A model generated the notes under the pieces. That model saw only the letters and a program-made list of their open reading frames with translations, made no database searches and was not told the origin of the DNA. Positions 7,768 to 16,539 of a stretch of DNA of 64,000 nucleotides are shown here, in pieces. The position numbers were made by a program, and so were the translations under genes. The first letter of the stretch is position 1. Each line of letters starts with the position of its first letter. The stretch is from a virus (Duplodnaviria > Caudoviricetes), in IMG/VR virus record IMGVR_UViG_3300028832_000145, positions 1,305 through 65,304 of that record, one strand, 5' to 3'.

Positions 7768-10593
7768 TTATACAAGCCTTACTACATTGTTGCTCCTCTC
7801 GAATGTAGTGCAGAAGTCATTGCCTGCTGCCACGTCGAGCTGCAAGTACGGACTGTTGTAATTCAGGTTCTTCGGGATGTCGATATGCCGGCATCGCAGA
7901 CTCGATGAGGTGGTGTCGGTACAGTTAATTTTCAGGTAGATGTTCTCGGCCGACAAGTGCAGGGTTCTCAGATGGCTCTGCGGCTCCTTTTCATCCGTTC
8001 CGTATATGATATGCTGGTTACAGTTATCAAAGATACATGACACTATATCGTCTCCGAAATACAAGTATGTACAATTAGGCCCAATCATCAAATTTCGGCA
8101 GTCGTTTCCGAAGTACGCATTACTAATCATTTCAAAAACAGAACCGTTCATATTCTTGCCAAAACACACCTTTGTGCTGTTGGGACCGATTCTGTTCCAT
8201 CTGAAACCTGAATTTACGACAAGGCCAATAGTCTGGTTAATGGTGTTTCTATTACAAGTCGAGAAGCAGATGGACGAATACAGAGACGTAATATTATTTT
8301 CTGTGAAACTATACGTCGCTATTACATCGTGCAATGCAACAATATTGTTTTTCTCTGTATTTTGGCCGAATGTAAGGTTATATGAGTTCGGCCCTATAGT
8401 GTTGTTACGGACCCGCGGATTTGAGGTGTTTGCAATAATAAATACTATACGATTGATGTAGAGTAAATCTCCGCTGCAAAACGCTCCTATCTTGTTTTTG
8501 CGTACGATTCCCTTTCCGAGTGACACGGTAGCATCCGTATAGTTGCTGCCATAGTTGAAGGTGTACATGTGCCTCGCTGACGGAAGTCCTGTACTTGAAG
8601 AAATATTAACCTTCACATATATAGTAGCATATATATTGCTGCTTGATGCCTGGAACGTTAACGGCAGATACAATGCAGATCCGTCAATGACAGCTGCATC
8701 AAGATTACTGTCCACATAGGTGTCTGTCAGGGCGCTGCCCCAAACAGGATTTGAGGTTATCATGCCGAAGAGCAAAGGTCTTCTTTCTCTAGCAGATGTG
8801 CTTTGAAGCATGTCGGCAAGCTGTTTCATGGCGGCCACACCGAAGTAGTTGTATGTTGCATCGTCTATATAGGATGCAGGCATGACGAGTTCGGTTGACC
8901 ACTGCCAGCGCTTCGTCATGATATTCTTGAAGTCGTAGGGAACGTCGTTATCCCTGTCATCAACCATCCTGTAGATGACACCCTTGCCTCCTTCACAGGT
9001 GTCTGCGATGGCTCCGCTTGCCGTCACGGATTCAGCCACGCTGTTGTCGTATGCCGTATCTCCGGCGGCAGGGTTCTCTGTTGCCGTATATACGGTCGCG
9101 GTGCTGCGCGTCCATGCAAACGGGTAGTCACTGCCAGCGTCGTCTGCATTTTCGTTCCTTACGTACCACTGTTCAGACGCGGTACCGACAGGAGCACATA
9201 TCGACTTGCCAGCAACAGCCCACGCGAACTTTGTGGTATCATTGTCAAGGCAGTAGCTTATCTTCCACGCTTCCAGTGGCACGCCGTCGAAGTAATGCAC
9301 CTCGTCATACTTCTCCTGATAGTCCGCTGCCGAGGTGTCCTCTGGGATATAGTCGGCAGGGTACTCATGCTTTGTGGCATAGGCATCCTCACAGAGCGTG
9401 GACTCGTCGAGAGCCAGCACTACAACGTCAAACCTGTGCCCTGCACTTCTTGTATTGCTCTCTGCCGTGGTGGTCACATAGTCGGTGATACGATACCACT
9501 GGCCGGGATTCAGGCCGCTGTTGTCGCGCAGCGACTTCAGGGCGGAGTAGGTGATGTCGATGCACTTGGACAGGAACTTGCCGTCCACATAGCTCTTGTC
9601 CGCCTTCGCACTAATATCCAGCACCGTATATGGCACCACCTTGCCACCCTTGTACCAATAAACAGGGTGTACGGGGTGAAGCTCGAATTTTGATGCCGAG
9701 CCAATATGTCCGATATAGATGTATATCTTGCCATCTTCGATGCTCGGCAGTTCCTGTACGATTGGTGTCGTTGCATCCAGCTTTGCCGTGCCGTCGCTCT
9801 GAGGCACCGCACAGATATATACATCCTTATTACTTGTCAGTGTACTGCCAGTGTTGAATGAATTACGCAAGTCGAACAAAAATTGTTCATATATCATGTG
9901 AGATGATATATTGGCGTTTGCGGAGTAGCTATTTTTGACATATACGATTGCACCAAACGGATTGAACGATTCCGTGGTCAGTACCTTGCTTGTTCCAGTC
10001 CCTCCTGTAGAATTGACTGGTATCAACGTTGTTTCGTTCTTCTGGAGGCATAATACTCCTTCTGGCAGATTGGTGGCAGCGATGAATGATCCTGCATTGG
10101 ACGCGTGTCGTAATTGATATGTATTTTCGGAGTTATAGTCTCCTATCTTCCACACACCCGTAACCGTTGTAGCCGTGCCACTGTCGAAGTATGCTGGTGC
10201 TTGTGCATTAGCATCATATATAAGCGTAATTATACTATCTGCTACATACGCATCTGCCTCATTGGTCACATTCCTGCAAACAGGATGCTCACCAAGCCCG
10301 TTAATATTCAGAACCGTGTGATAGGTTGAGCTACCCTGCACTGGAATCTTGATATTCACCATCATGCCGTCACGCAGAGCCGTAACACCCTCACACTGGC
10401 CTGTCCACTTCACAGAGTAATAGTGACCGCTGGTGGTTACTGCTTCTGTGCCGCTTACATTCGTCACGGGATGAACCAGCTCACCTTCAAGCGCCTCCGA
10501 CACAGCTTCGGCAAGCTCCGCTATTTTCTGCGTAGCGGCCATAGACATCTTTTTCATGGCCATTGCAAGGGCCTTCAACTTAATCTTTGTCAT
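7768..10593 (-). CDS. Tail fibre/spike protein
   Basis: 941 aa, beta-rich, ITYSALKSLRDNSGLNPGQWYRITDY module, C-terminal Asn/Gly beta-helix-like repeats. Confidence 0.75.
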   Translation of the reverse strand: MTKIKLKALAMAMKKMSMAATQKIAELAEAVSEALEGELVHPVTNVSGTEAVTTSGHYYSVKWTGQCEGVTALRDGMMVNIKIPVQGSSTYHTVLNINGLGEHPVCRNVTNEADAYVADSIITLIYDANAQAPAYFDSGTATTVTGVWKIGDYNSENTYQLRHASNAGSFIAATNLPEGVLCLQKNETTLIPVNSTGGTGTSKVLTTESFNPFGAIVYVKNSYSANANISSHMIYEQFLFDLRNSFNTGSTLTSNKDVYICAVPQSDGTAKLDATTPIVQELPSIEDGKIYIYIGHIGSASKFELHPVHPVYWYKGGKVVPYTVLDISAKADKSYVDGKFLSKCIDITYSALKSLRDNSGLNPGQWYRITDYVTTTAESNTRSAGHRFDVVVLALDESTLCEDAYATKHEYPADYIPEDTSAADYQEKYDEVHYFDGVPLEAWKISYCLDNDTTKFAWAVAGKSICAPVGTASEQWYVRNENADDAGSDYPFAWTRSTATVYTATENPAAGDTAYDNSVAESVTASGAIADTCEGGKGVIYRMVDDRDNDVPYDFKNIMTKRWQWSTELVMPASYIDDATYNYFGVAAMKQLADMLQSTSARERRPLLFGMITSNPVWGSALTDTYVDSNLDAAVIDGSALYLPLTFQASSSNIYATIYVKVNISSSTGLPSARHMYTFNYGSNYTDATVSLGKGIVRKNKIGAFCSGDLLYINRIVFIIANTSNPRVRNNTIGPNSYNLTFGQNTEKNNIVALHDVIATYSFTENNITSLYSSICFSTCNRNTINQTIGLVVNSGFRWNRIGPNSTKVCFGKNMNGSVFEMISNAYFGNDCRNLMIGPNCTYLYFGDDIVSCIFDNCNQHIIYGTDEKEPQSHLRTLHLSAENIYLKINCTDTTSSSLRCRHIDIPKNLNYNSPYLQLDVAAGNDFCTTFERSNNVVRLV

Positions 10594-10620
10594 AGTCGTA
10601 TGTTTGGAGGTGTGGTGTTA

Positions 10621-11412
10621 TTATGCTTCGTCCGTCAGCGAATCATCAAAGCCAGCGGCTGCAAAGTTATCTGCAAGGGCTTTTTCTGGTGTTCCTGCAG
10701 TGGTTGTCTTGGTTGGATCGTAGCCGAACCACGAAATAATCTCTGCTGTTGTCATCAGTGTAAGGTCGCTGGCTATATCTTCCTCCTGCGCCTTACCTGC
10801 TGCGCTCTGAGCACCTGCAGCGCTGCGCGTTGCCAATGCCAGCTTTAAGCCAGAAGCCGTTGTGCCAAGGCCGTTGGCATTGCTGGAGTCTATCTTGACA
10901 GACACGACGTTTCCAACTATCTCAATGCCGTTGCCGGCTGTGTATATGTCGATAAGCTCCGACAGGTTGACGCAAAGGTATTCGTTGCTTTCGGGCGACA
11001 GACTATCCACCTTTACATTTACTGTGAAAATAGCCCACAAGCCAGCAGCATCGACGGCCGCAGGGGCTTCGTATGATGTCACGGTAATTCCGTTCTCTTT
11101 GGTGACAAAGTAGCGGCCAGCGTCGGCTCCTGTACCTTCTACAACGGTGCATCTTTTCACGCCCGTTACCAAGAAGTCTTTCGGGATATTGATTTCGCCG
11201 ACGTAGTTCTTGCCTGCCCCTGTCCGTACTACGTTAGCTTCCTCCGTAACGCCCAGGGCAAAGATGATGGTCTTAAGGTATCCGGCATTAGGAGTACCCT
11301 TCTCTATCATGTTCAACTTTGACGCTTCAATCTTATCAAGCGTGAACTGCCTTGAAGTCAAGCTGACCTCTTTTAGCCTTTTGGCTAACTCATTTAATTT
11401 CTTCTTTGTCAT
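10621..11412 (-). CDS. Tail-fibre proximal segment
   Basis: 263 aa; YTAGNGIEIVGNVVSVKID fibre repeat. Confidence 0.55.
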   Translation of the reverse strand: MTKKKLNELAKRLKEVSLTSRQFTLDKIEASKLNMIEKGTPNAGYLKTIIFALGVTEEANVVRTGAGKNYVGEINIPKDFLVTGVKRCTVVEGTGADAGRYFVTKENGITVTSYEAPAAVDAAGLWAIFTVNVKVDSLSPESNEYLCVNLSELIDIYTAGNGIEIVGNVVSVKIDSSNANGLGTTASGLKLALATRSAAGAQSAAGKAQEEDIASDLTLMTTAEIISWFGYDPTKTTTAGTPEKALADNFAAAGFDDSLTDEA

Positions 11413-11424
11413 GGCTATATAGTT

Positions 11425-11886
11425 TTATTCTGTTTCTTCGTCATAAAACCAACCCCTAATCATCTGTGGGGTTATCTCTGCTACGGCAGCATCTAACCAT
11501 GCCTCCATAGCATCCGTCATATTAAGTTGGCGCGACTCTCCGTGACGGTTGGTAATGGTGACAACCATGCCCTCTAGAGTCGCGTCCATGCTGTCCAGTT
11601 CTTGTGCCTTCTCGTTGGCAAGCTCGGCAGCATCGTTGGCGGCATTCGTAGCATGACTGGCGTTATTTATCAGCTCCTGCAGCTCTCCCTCCAATCTTGT
11701 CAGGTCTTCCACCGCCTCCGGTGCCAGCTGCTCATGCCCTACTGACTTGGGAGCAATTTTCTCTGCCGTAACTGCACCCGGCGCAATGTTCTCGCCCGTT
11801 ATGCTGTTATTGAAAATATCGCGTGACTGAACCAGCACGCGATGCTTTCCTATATGTATGTCAAAGTGGAATAGTTTCATCGTCAA
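11425..11886 (-). CDS. Tail-fibre proximal/adaptor segment
   Basis: ITGENIAPGAVTAEKIAPKSV repeats and a coiled coil. Confidence 0.55.
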   Translation of the reverse strand: MTMKLFHFDIHIGKHRVLVQSRDIFNNSITGENIAPGAVTAEKIAPKSVGHEQLAPEAVEDLTRLEGELQELINNASHATNAANDAAELANEKAQELDSMDATLEGMVVTITNRHGESRQLNMTDAMEAWLDAAVAEITPQMIRGWFYDEETE

Positions 11887-12151
11887 GTAATATGTAACAT
11901 TTCCTTACATCTACAGGCGTTGCCAGCCTCAGCACCGCAGGACTTGTAACGTCTAACGACAGCTCGTAGTTGTCGCTGCACTCTGGTGTCTGACCGTAGG
12001 TGGCAAAACCGCCGTCCTCTTCCATCTTTTGTACGACCACAGGAGCCAGTGATGCCAGCTCTATGCGAGCTGTAGCCCGGTGTGGCACTTCAAACGATTC
12101 ACTCAGGTAGCCGTTCATTTCAGCATCAAAGGTAAACTGTGGTACTATCAT
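11861..12151 (-). CDS. Hypothetical virion protein
   Basis: 96-aa beta-rich ORF in the late operon. Confidence 0.5.
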   Translation of the reverse strand: MIVPQFTFDAEMNGYLSESFEVPHRATARIELASLAPVVVQKMEEDGGFATYGQTPECSDNYELSLDVTSPAVLRLATPVDVRKCYILLDDETIPL

Positions 12152-12152
12152 G

Positions 12153-12806
12153 TCAGCTTCTTCCTAAGTATTTCTCCGACAGCTCCAGCAGGCTGCTGGC
12201 AATGTCCTCGCGGAAAGCAAGCATTGTCAGACCTGCCACATGATACACAAAGGCAGGCTCCAGCCTGATAGGTACGCCCACGCTGGCACTATCCTGCGTG
12301 TCGGTATTGTAGATGGCCGTCGGTTTTCTCACTATCAGCAGCTGCAGCGTGTCATCAGCGGTCTTTGCGCTGTACATCTCTAACTGTCGTGTCGTGCCTT
12401 GGTGTGTCAGCACGCTTACAGGGCGGTCCCATGTACCGCGCGTGTAGCGATTCTGCTGCATCAGGTACACCTCCGACTGCGCCGATACAATCTCGGGCGC
12501 ACGGAACCACGATGACAACCGCGCTTCGACGATGCGAAGCAGATCGTCCGGCAGCTGCAGACGACCCACCCCATCATCGCCTATCTGGAAATGAGTAAGT
12601 TCAGTTGGTGTCAGCTCTGACAGGCTGTCGATGTCAAGCAATTCCGATGGGGCATTTTCCAGCACCCAGTTTAGGCCGTAGCCTATCTTATCTACGATAA
12701 CGTCTCGCAGGTTTGCCTCGTCGCTGTTCGACAAGAACCCCGAGTCGTTAACCATCAGTTCGTCGATGGCAGCTCTTACACGCTTGACAACGTCGCCTAC
12801 ATTCAT
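12153..12806 (-). CDS. Putative head-tail connector-type structural protein
   Basis: 217 aa; DVVKRVRAAIDE N-terminus and FVYHVAGLTMLAF C-terminal helix pattern. Confidence 0.45.
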   Translation of the reverse strand: MNVGDVVKRVRAAIDELMVNDSGFLSNSDEANLRDVIVDKIGYGLNWVLENAPSELLDIDSLSELTPTELTHFQIGDDGVGRLQLPDDLLRIVEARLSSWFRAPEIVSAQSEVYLMQQNRYTRGTWDRPVSVLTHQGTTRQLEMYSAKTADDTLQLLIVRKPTAIYNTDTQDSASVGVPIRLEPAFVYHVAGLTMLAFREDIASSLLELSEKYLGRS

Positions 12807-12809
12807 AGC

Positions 12810-13361
12810 TTAACCGCGCTTGATTTTCGGATTGATACCATGCTCTTTGAGCGTCTGACGAGCCTCAGCCTCCGTCTGCACCTGAATCTGCCACGTCTGG
12901 GCAATATACAGGATAGCCTCAGCAGGATTCTGAAACTCCATCGTCTTCATGCCGTCACCCTTCGGTGCCGTCTCTGTCGCAGGCTCTGTTGCAGGTGCTT
13001 CCGCTACAGGCTCGGGCGCTGCTGCAGCAGTCCCCTCGACCTTCGGCGAGGTCTGTGCCGCTGTTTTCCCTGCGGGTGCTTCCATCGGCTTAATGCGGCT
13101 GGCACGGTCTTTTGCCGGTACTGCGGCCTTGCCAGTAGGCAAGGATGCACCAATAACACGAAGCAGTACAACCTCCTTGTTCTTGAACAGCTCACTGGCT
13201 TCAAGAGCTTTCATCTTGAACGGGTTGTCAGTGCGGAGCTTGGGTTTAGTGCCATTATACACGTTGCCGCCTACGAAAGCCACACGAACCTTTACACCTT
13301 TGTAGTGCAAGGTCACCTCATAGCTGTTCTGCAACTTCTGTAATTGATACTCTTTAATCAT
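12810..13361 (-). CDS. Hypothetical late protein with Ala/Pro/Thr-rich linker
   Basis: 183-aa ORF directly downstream of capsid. Confidence 0.55.
   Translation of the reverse strand: MIKEYQLQKLQNSYEVTLHYKGVKVRVAFVGGNVYNGTKPKLRTDNPFKMKALEASELFKNKEVVLLRVIGASLPTGKAAVPAKDRASRIKPMEAPAGKTAAQTSPKVEGTAAAAPEPVAEAPATEPATETAPKGDGMKTMEFQNPAEAILYIAQTWQIQVQTEAEARQTLKEHGINPKIKRG
13022..13056 (+). repeat. Dispersed coding hairpin repeat, copy 3 (degenerate)
   Basis: GCAGCAGTCC-CCTCG-ACCTTCGG-CGAGG-TC; encodes TSPKVEGTAAAA. Confidence 0.6.
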
Positions 13362-13461
13362 AACGATTTGTTTAGGGGTTCTTTCTCAAATATTAAACGG
13401 CTGCAGCTACACCGAGCACGTCAGTCATGCCGCAGCCGTCGTTAATAATGAAAGGAGGATT

Positions 13462-15285
13462 CTACTCTACGCTACCAGTGTAGACCTTCCACTCGTCGTC
13501 GGTCTCACTCCACTGATAGATGTGTTCGCCGTCCAGCACGTCGCCGGTGTACTCGGCCCAGGCGTTGTCGGTATAGATGTAGTACTTACCATTCTCGTAG
13601 GTGACATCGTCGGGGGCTGTGCCTACGGTGATGTCAACGGTAGGAGCGATAATCATATCCTCTGTCGGGTCGGCGGGCAGGGTGCTCACCTTCTCCACGG
13701 GACCGTCCTCACTCAGCAGACCGTCAAACGAGATAAGCATGCCGTCGGTCGGGTTGGCGGGCAGGGATGTAATCAGCGTAACGGGGTTAGCGGCATCGCT
13801 CATGTTCTTGTCTACAATCTCGTCGTTCGGGCCAAACAGCAGACTGGTGTGTCCGCCAAGCTTCAGGGCACCTGCCTCGATGTAGATGTAACGGCTGGCC
13901 TCGCGGGCATCGTTACCGGCCTTCTTCAGGTCAATCTCATACTCCTTGGAGTTACCGCTGATGTTGTGGTAGTACTTGGCCTTCTGGATGGGGATAACAA
14001 CCATGAAGTTCTTGTAGCCGAGGTCATCAAGGGCAGGAGCATGTACGATGTGCCATGTGCCGAAGTTGCTCACCAGGTCGCGTACTACGATGCCGTAGTC
14101 GGTCTTGTGGTGCTTGTACTCTACGGTGTGGTGCAGAATCTCGGGCATGTTCTCCAGCTCGGCAATCTTGTTCATGCCGCAATAGACGTAAGCCTCTTTC
14201 GACTTGCCAAGGCCAGTGCCCATAACCTTACCGATGGCCGAAATATGCTCCCACTTGAACTTACCATCCATACCAATCGTGTTGGTAAGCTGACGAAGAA
14301 CGCCGTTCATGGTGTAGACATATTCCTCGTTGCCGTCCTTGGTGCGCATGATGAACTTACCTTGTGCCATGATCCACAGGCTGTACTCCTGCTTCTTCTT
14401 GAAGTTACGCAGTGCCTGTGCCTTGATGTCGGCAAGTCCCCAGCTGGTCTTCTTGATAACCTCACGCTCCTTGTCGGTAATGAGGATATTAAACTCCATT
14501 TTCTGGAGATAGACGGTTGTCGGGCGGGGCTGGCTGTTGTCAGGCTGCACAATCATCTGGCTCTCGGAAGCGGCTACAGACGTGATGACCATTTCCGTTC
14601 CGGCAGGAATGGCAGGTGCGGTGTAGTCACGCAGGTACTCACTCTTCTGAGTGTCAACCTTGGTAATACCGTTGATAGGACGGCAGGTAATCTTCTCTTC
14701 GTCGTTAGAGACAACAAACAGCACCAGCGGACCACCATCCTTCTTCGACTGACTGCCGTTCTCGTAGCCGTTCACACCCTTCACTACGATGGTGCTCGAT
14801 ACACCCAGCAGACTCAGGTTACCGCTACAGTTCGATTCCGTCAGGATAATCTTCTCACCGGCGGCAATGTCATCAATGACCGTCAGCTTCAGGTCTTCCT
14901 CACCGATGCGGAAGTCGGTAATCTCGTAGTCGTGACCGCCTACGGTGCGCTGCATGGCAATCGTCTGCGCGTGGTTCAGAAGAACATAGTCATCAGCCTC
15001 AAACTCCACAATGTCGGGGTCATACTGGTCTTCCAGCAGCTTGGCACGGCGAAGCTGGGTAGCAGATGCCTGAGTGCCCGGCAGAGACTGACCGGCACCC
15101 TTGCCGTCAGGACTCTTCAGGTCGTTGGTCTCAGGATTCACTGGGTCAGGATTGGAAGGGTCGGGGTCACCTACGGCACCCTCGGCAAGGCATACGCCTG
15201 CGCCACCCGTCAATACTGCCATCACTACGAACATCAGACTGACTACCAGCTGATGTTTCTTAATAAAAGCAACTAACTTTTTCAT
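13462..15285 (-). CDS. Major capsid protein with hydrophobic N-terminal leader and duplicated C-terminal decoration domain
   Basis: 607 aa after scaffold; core motifs (QPRPTTVYLQK, GVLRQL, SNFGTWHIVH..LD) resemble SU10/N4-type HK97-fold capsids. Confidence 0.75.
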   Translation of the reverse strand: MKKLVAFIKKHQLVVSLMFVVMAVLTGGAGVCLAEGAVGDPDPSNPDPVNPETNDLKSPDGKGAGQSLPGTQASATQLRRAKLLEDQYDPDIVEFEADDYVLLNHAQTIAMQRTVGGHDYEITDFRIGEEDLKLTVIDDIAAGEKIILTESNCSGNLSLLGVSSTIVVKGVNGYENGSQSKKDGGPLVLFVVSNDEEKITCRPINGITKVDTQKSEYLRDYTAPAIPAGTEMVITSVAASESQMIVQPDNSQPRPTTVYLQKMEFNILITDKEREVIKKTSWGLADIKAQALRNFKKKQEYSLWIMAQGKFIMRTKDGNEEYVYTMNGVLRQLTNTIGMDGKFKWEHISAIGKVMGTGLGKSKEAYVYCGMNKIAELENMPEILHHTVEYKHHKTDYGIVVRDLVSNFGTWHIVHAPALDDLGYKNFMVVIPIQKAKYYHNISGNSKEYEIDLKKAGNDAREASRYIYIEAGALKLGGHTSLLFGPNDEIVDKNMSDAANPVTLITSLPANPTDGMLISFDGLLSEDGPVEKVSTLPADPTEDMIIAPTVDITVGTAPDDVTYENGKYYIYTDNAWAEYTGDVLDGEHIYQWSETDDEWKVYTGSVE

Positions 15286-15303
15286 ACGTTTTTTAATTGT
15301 TGG

Positions 15304-15468
15304 TTAATATCGTGTTAATTTTCCTCTCCGTATCTGTGTGGCTGATGCCTGCGTACCTGTCAAGTTCTGACCAGCATAGCCGCCAGGACTTCTTAGGTCG
15401 CTCTTTGTCGGGTCTACGGGGTCGCGCTTTCTTGGCGACGGGTCCATCACTGCAGCACTATAGTCCAT
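15304..15468 (-). CDS. Unannotated 54-aa paralogue of the capsid N-terminal arm
   Basis: MDYSAAVMDPSPRKRDPVDPTKSDLRSPGGYAGQNLTGTQASATQIRRGKLTRY; 25 of 37 aligned columns identical to capsid DPVNPETNDLKSPDGKGAGQSLPGTQASATQLRRAKL, with many synonymous codon differences. Confidence 0.75.
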   Translation of the reverse strand: MDYSAAVMDPSPRKRDPVDPTKSDLRSPGGYAGQNLTGTQASATQIRRGKLTRY

Positions 15469-15480
15469 TATGACAATTAT

Positions 15481-16347
15481 TTAGTCCATAAGTTCCTTAC
15501 CCCAGTCGGCAAAGCCGCCTTCCTTCTTCGGCTTCTTCTCGCCGCGTCCGGCTCCACCTGTGCCCTTTGAGGGAGGCAGACCGGTTCCAAAGTCCTTCAG
15601 GCCGTTTTCCACCTTCTCGTTAAGAGCTGTTGCGCGTGCCTTTTCGGTGGCAGCGGCAATGTCGTTGTCGTAGTTCTCGGCTTTCAAGATGGCCTCCCAA
15701 ACTTCCTTGCTGACGATACCGCGAGAGGCTGCGCCAAAGATGCCGTCGCTGATAGGCTCACCGTCCTCTCCAGTCTCGCCAAACATCTTCTTGACAAGGG
15801 CAACAACATCTTCGTTGCTCAGTCCTTTCTCGTCCTGTACCTGTTTCAGCGCATTGAAGGACTCCTGCATGTTAGCACCTATCTCTTTCTTGGTGTCCTC
15901 GTCGGCCTTAGTGGCGGCGGCTGTCGCCTCCTGATTCTTGATAAGGGCCTCGCCCATCTTCTTACCAAACTCCGGATCGTTGGCCAGCTCACGAATATCC
16001 ATGTCGGGGCCGATGTTTTCTGCCAGATAGGTAAACGGGTTCTCGCCTTCCTTTGCTGCCAGCACCAGTCCGGCAAGCAACGGCGCTTTGTCGAAGGCCT
16101 CACCCAGCAGCCGATTGTCTTCACGATACTTCTCCAGCTCGTCAAGATTCGCGTTTGCCTGTGTGTAAAAGGCGTCCTCGTCATCGAGGTTCATGTCCGG
16201 GTGCGCCTTGCTGTAGCGGTCGCGGTATCGGTCACGCGCCGTCGGCTCGGTTGACGCCGTTCCTGCAGCTTCTCCTGCGGGTACAGCCGGTGTAGTGGCC
16301 TCGCCGTTCGGCGGGGTCTCTGCGTTAACTTTCTTCTTCTCTGCCAT
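15481..16347 (-). CDS. Capsid scaffolding protein
   Basis: Acidic helical 288 aa directly upstream of capsid; start moved to MAEKKK at 16347. Confidence 0.6.
   Translation of the reverse strand: MAEKKKVNAETPPNGEATTPAVPAGEAAGTASTEPTARDRYRDRYSKAHPDMNLDDEDAFYTQANANLDELEKYREDNRLLGEAFDKAPLLAGLVLAAKEGENPFTYLAENIGPDMDIRELANDPEFGKKMGEALIKNQEATAAATKADEDTKKEIGANMQESFNALKQVQDEKGLSNEDVVALVKKMFGETGEDGEPISDGIFGAASRGIVSKEVWEAILKAENYDNDIAAATEKARATALNEKVENGLKDFGTGLPPSKGTGGAGRGEKKPKKEGGFADWGKELMD
16291..16320 (+). repeat. Dispersed coding hairpin repeat, copy 4 (scaffold)
   Basis: TGTAGTGG-CCTCGCC-GTTC-GGCGGGG-TCTC; compensatory C-G pair in the stem. Confidence 0.55.
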
Positions 16348-16394
16348 AACTGTTATGTTTATGTTTTGTTTGCCGTCGTTGGCTGGATTCGCCA

Positions 16395-16440
16395 CAAAAT
16401 TAAAGCTGCAAGGGGCTTCATTTTTCACAATATTATCAAA
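16395..16440 (-). promoter_or_regulatory. Late promoter for scaffold-capsid-fibre-lysis operon
   Basis: On minus strand TTTGATAATATTGTGAAAA, 19 nt, then TAATTTTG (Bacteroidota -7 box TAnnTTTG). Confidence 0.65.
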
Positions 16441-16471
16441 CAGCCGAGGAAACAACCGCCAAAATGCCTCT

Positions 16472-16517
16472 TTTGATAATTTTGTGAAAAACATCGCCCT
16501 TTTCAGACCTATTTTTG
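16472..16517 (+). promoter_or_regulatory. Late promoter for portal-adaptor operon
   Basis: TTTGATAATTTTGTGAAAA, 19 nt, then TATTTTTG. Confidence 0.65.
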
Positions 16518-16539
16518 CAACCAAAAGAATCATCACAGC

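Noticed and set aside
13522-15276. 584-aa plus-strand ORF antisense to the capsid
   Set aside because: Shadow frame from codon bias of the real minus-strand gene; no motifs.
16348-16536. Extended scaffold N-terminus in the ORF track
   Set aside because: It runs through the divergent promoter region; the start at 16347 fits better.
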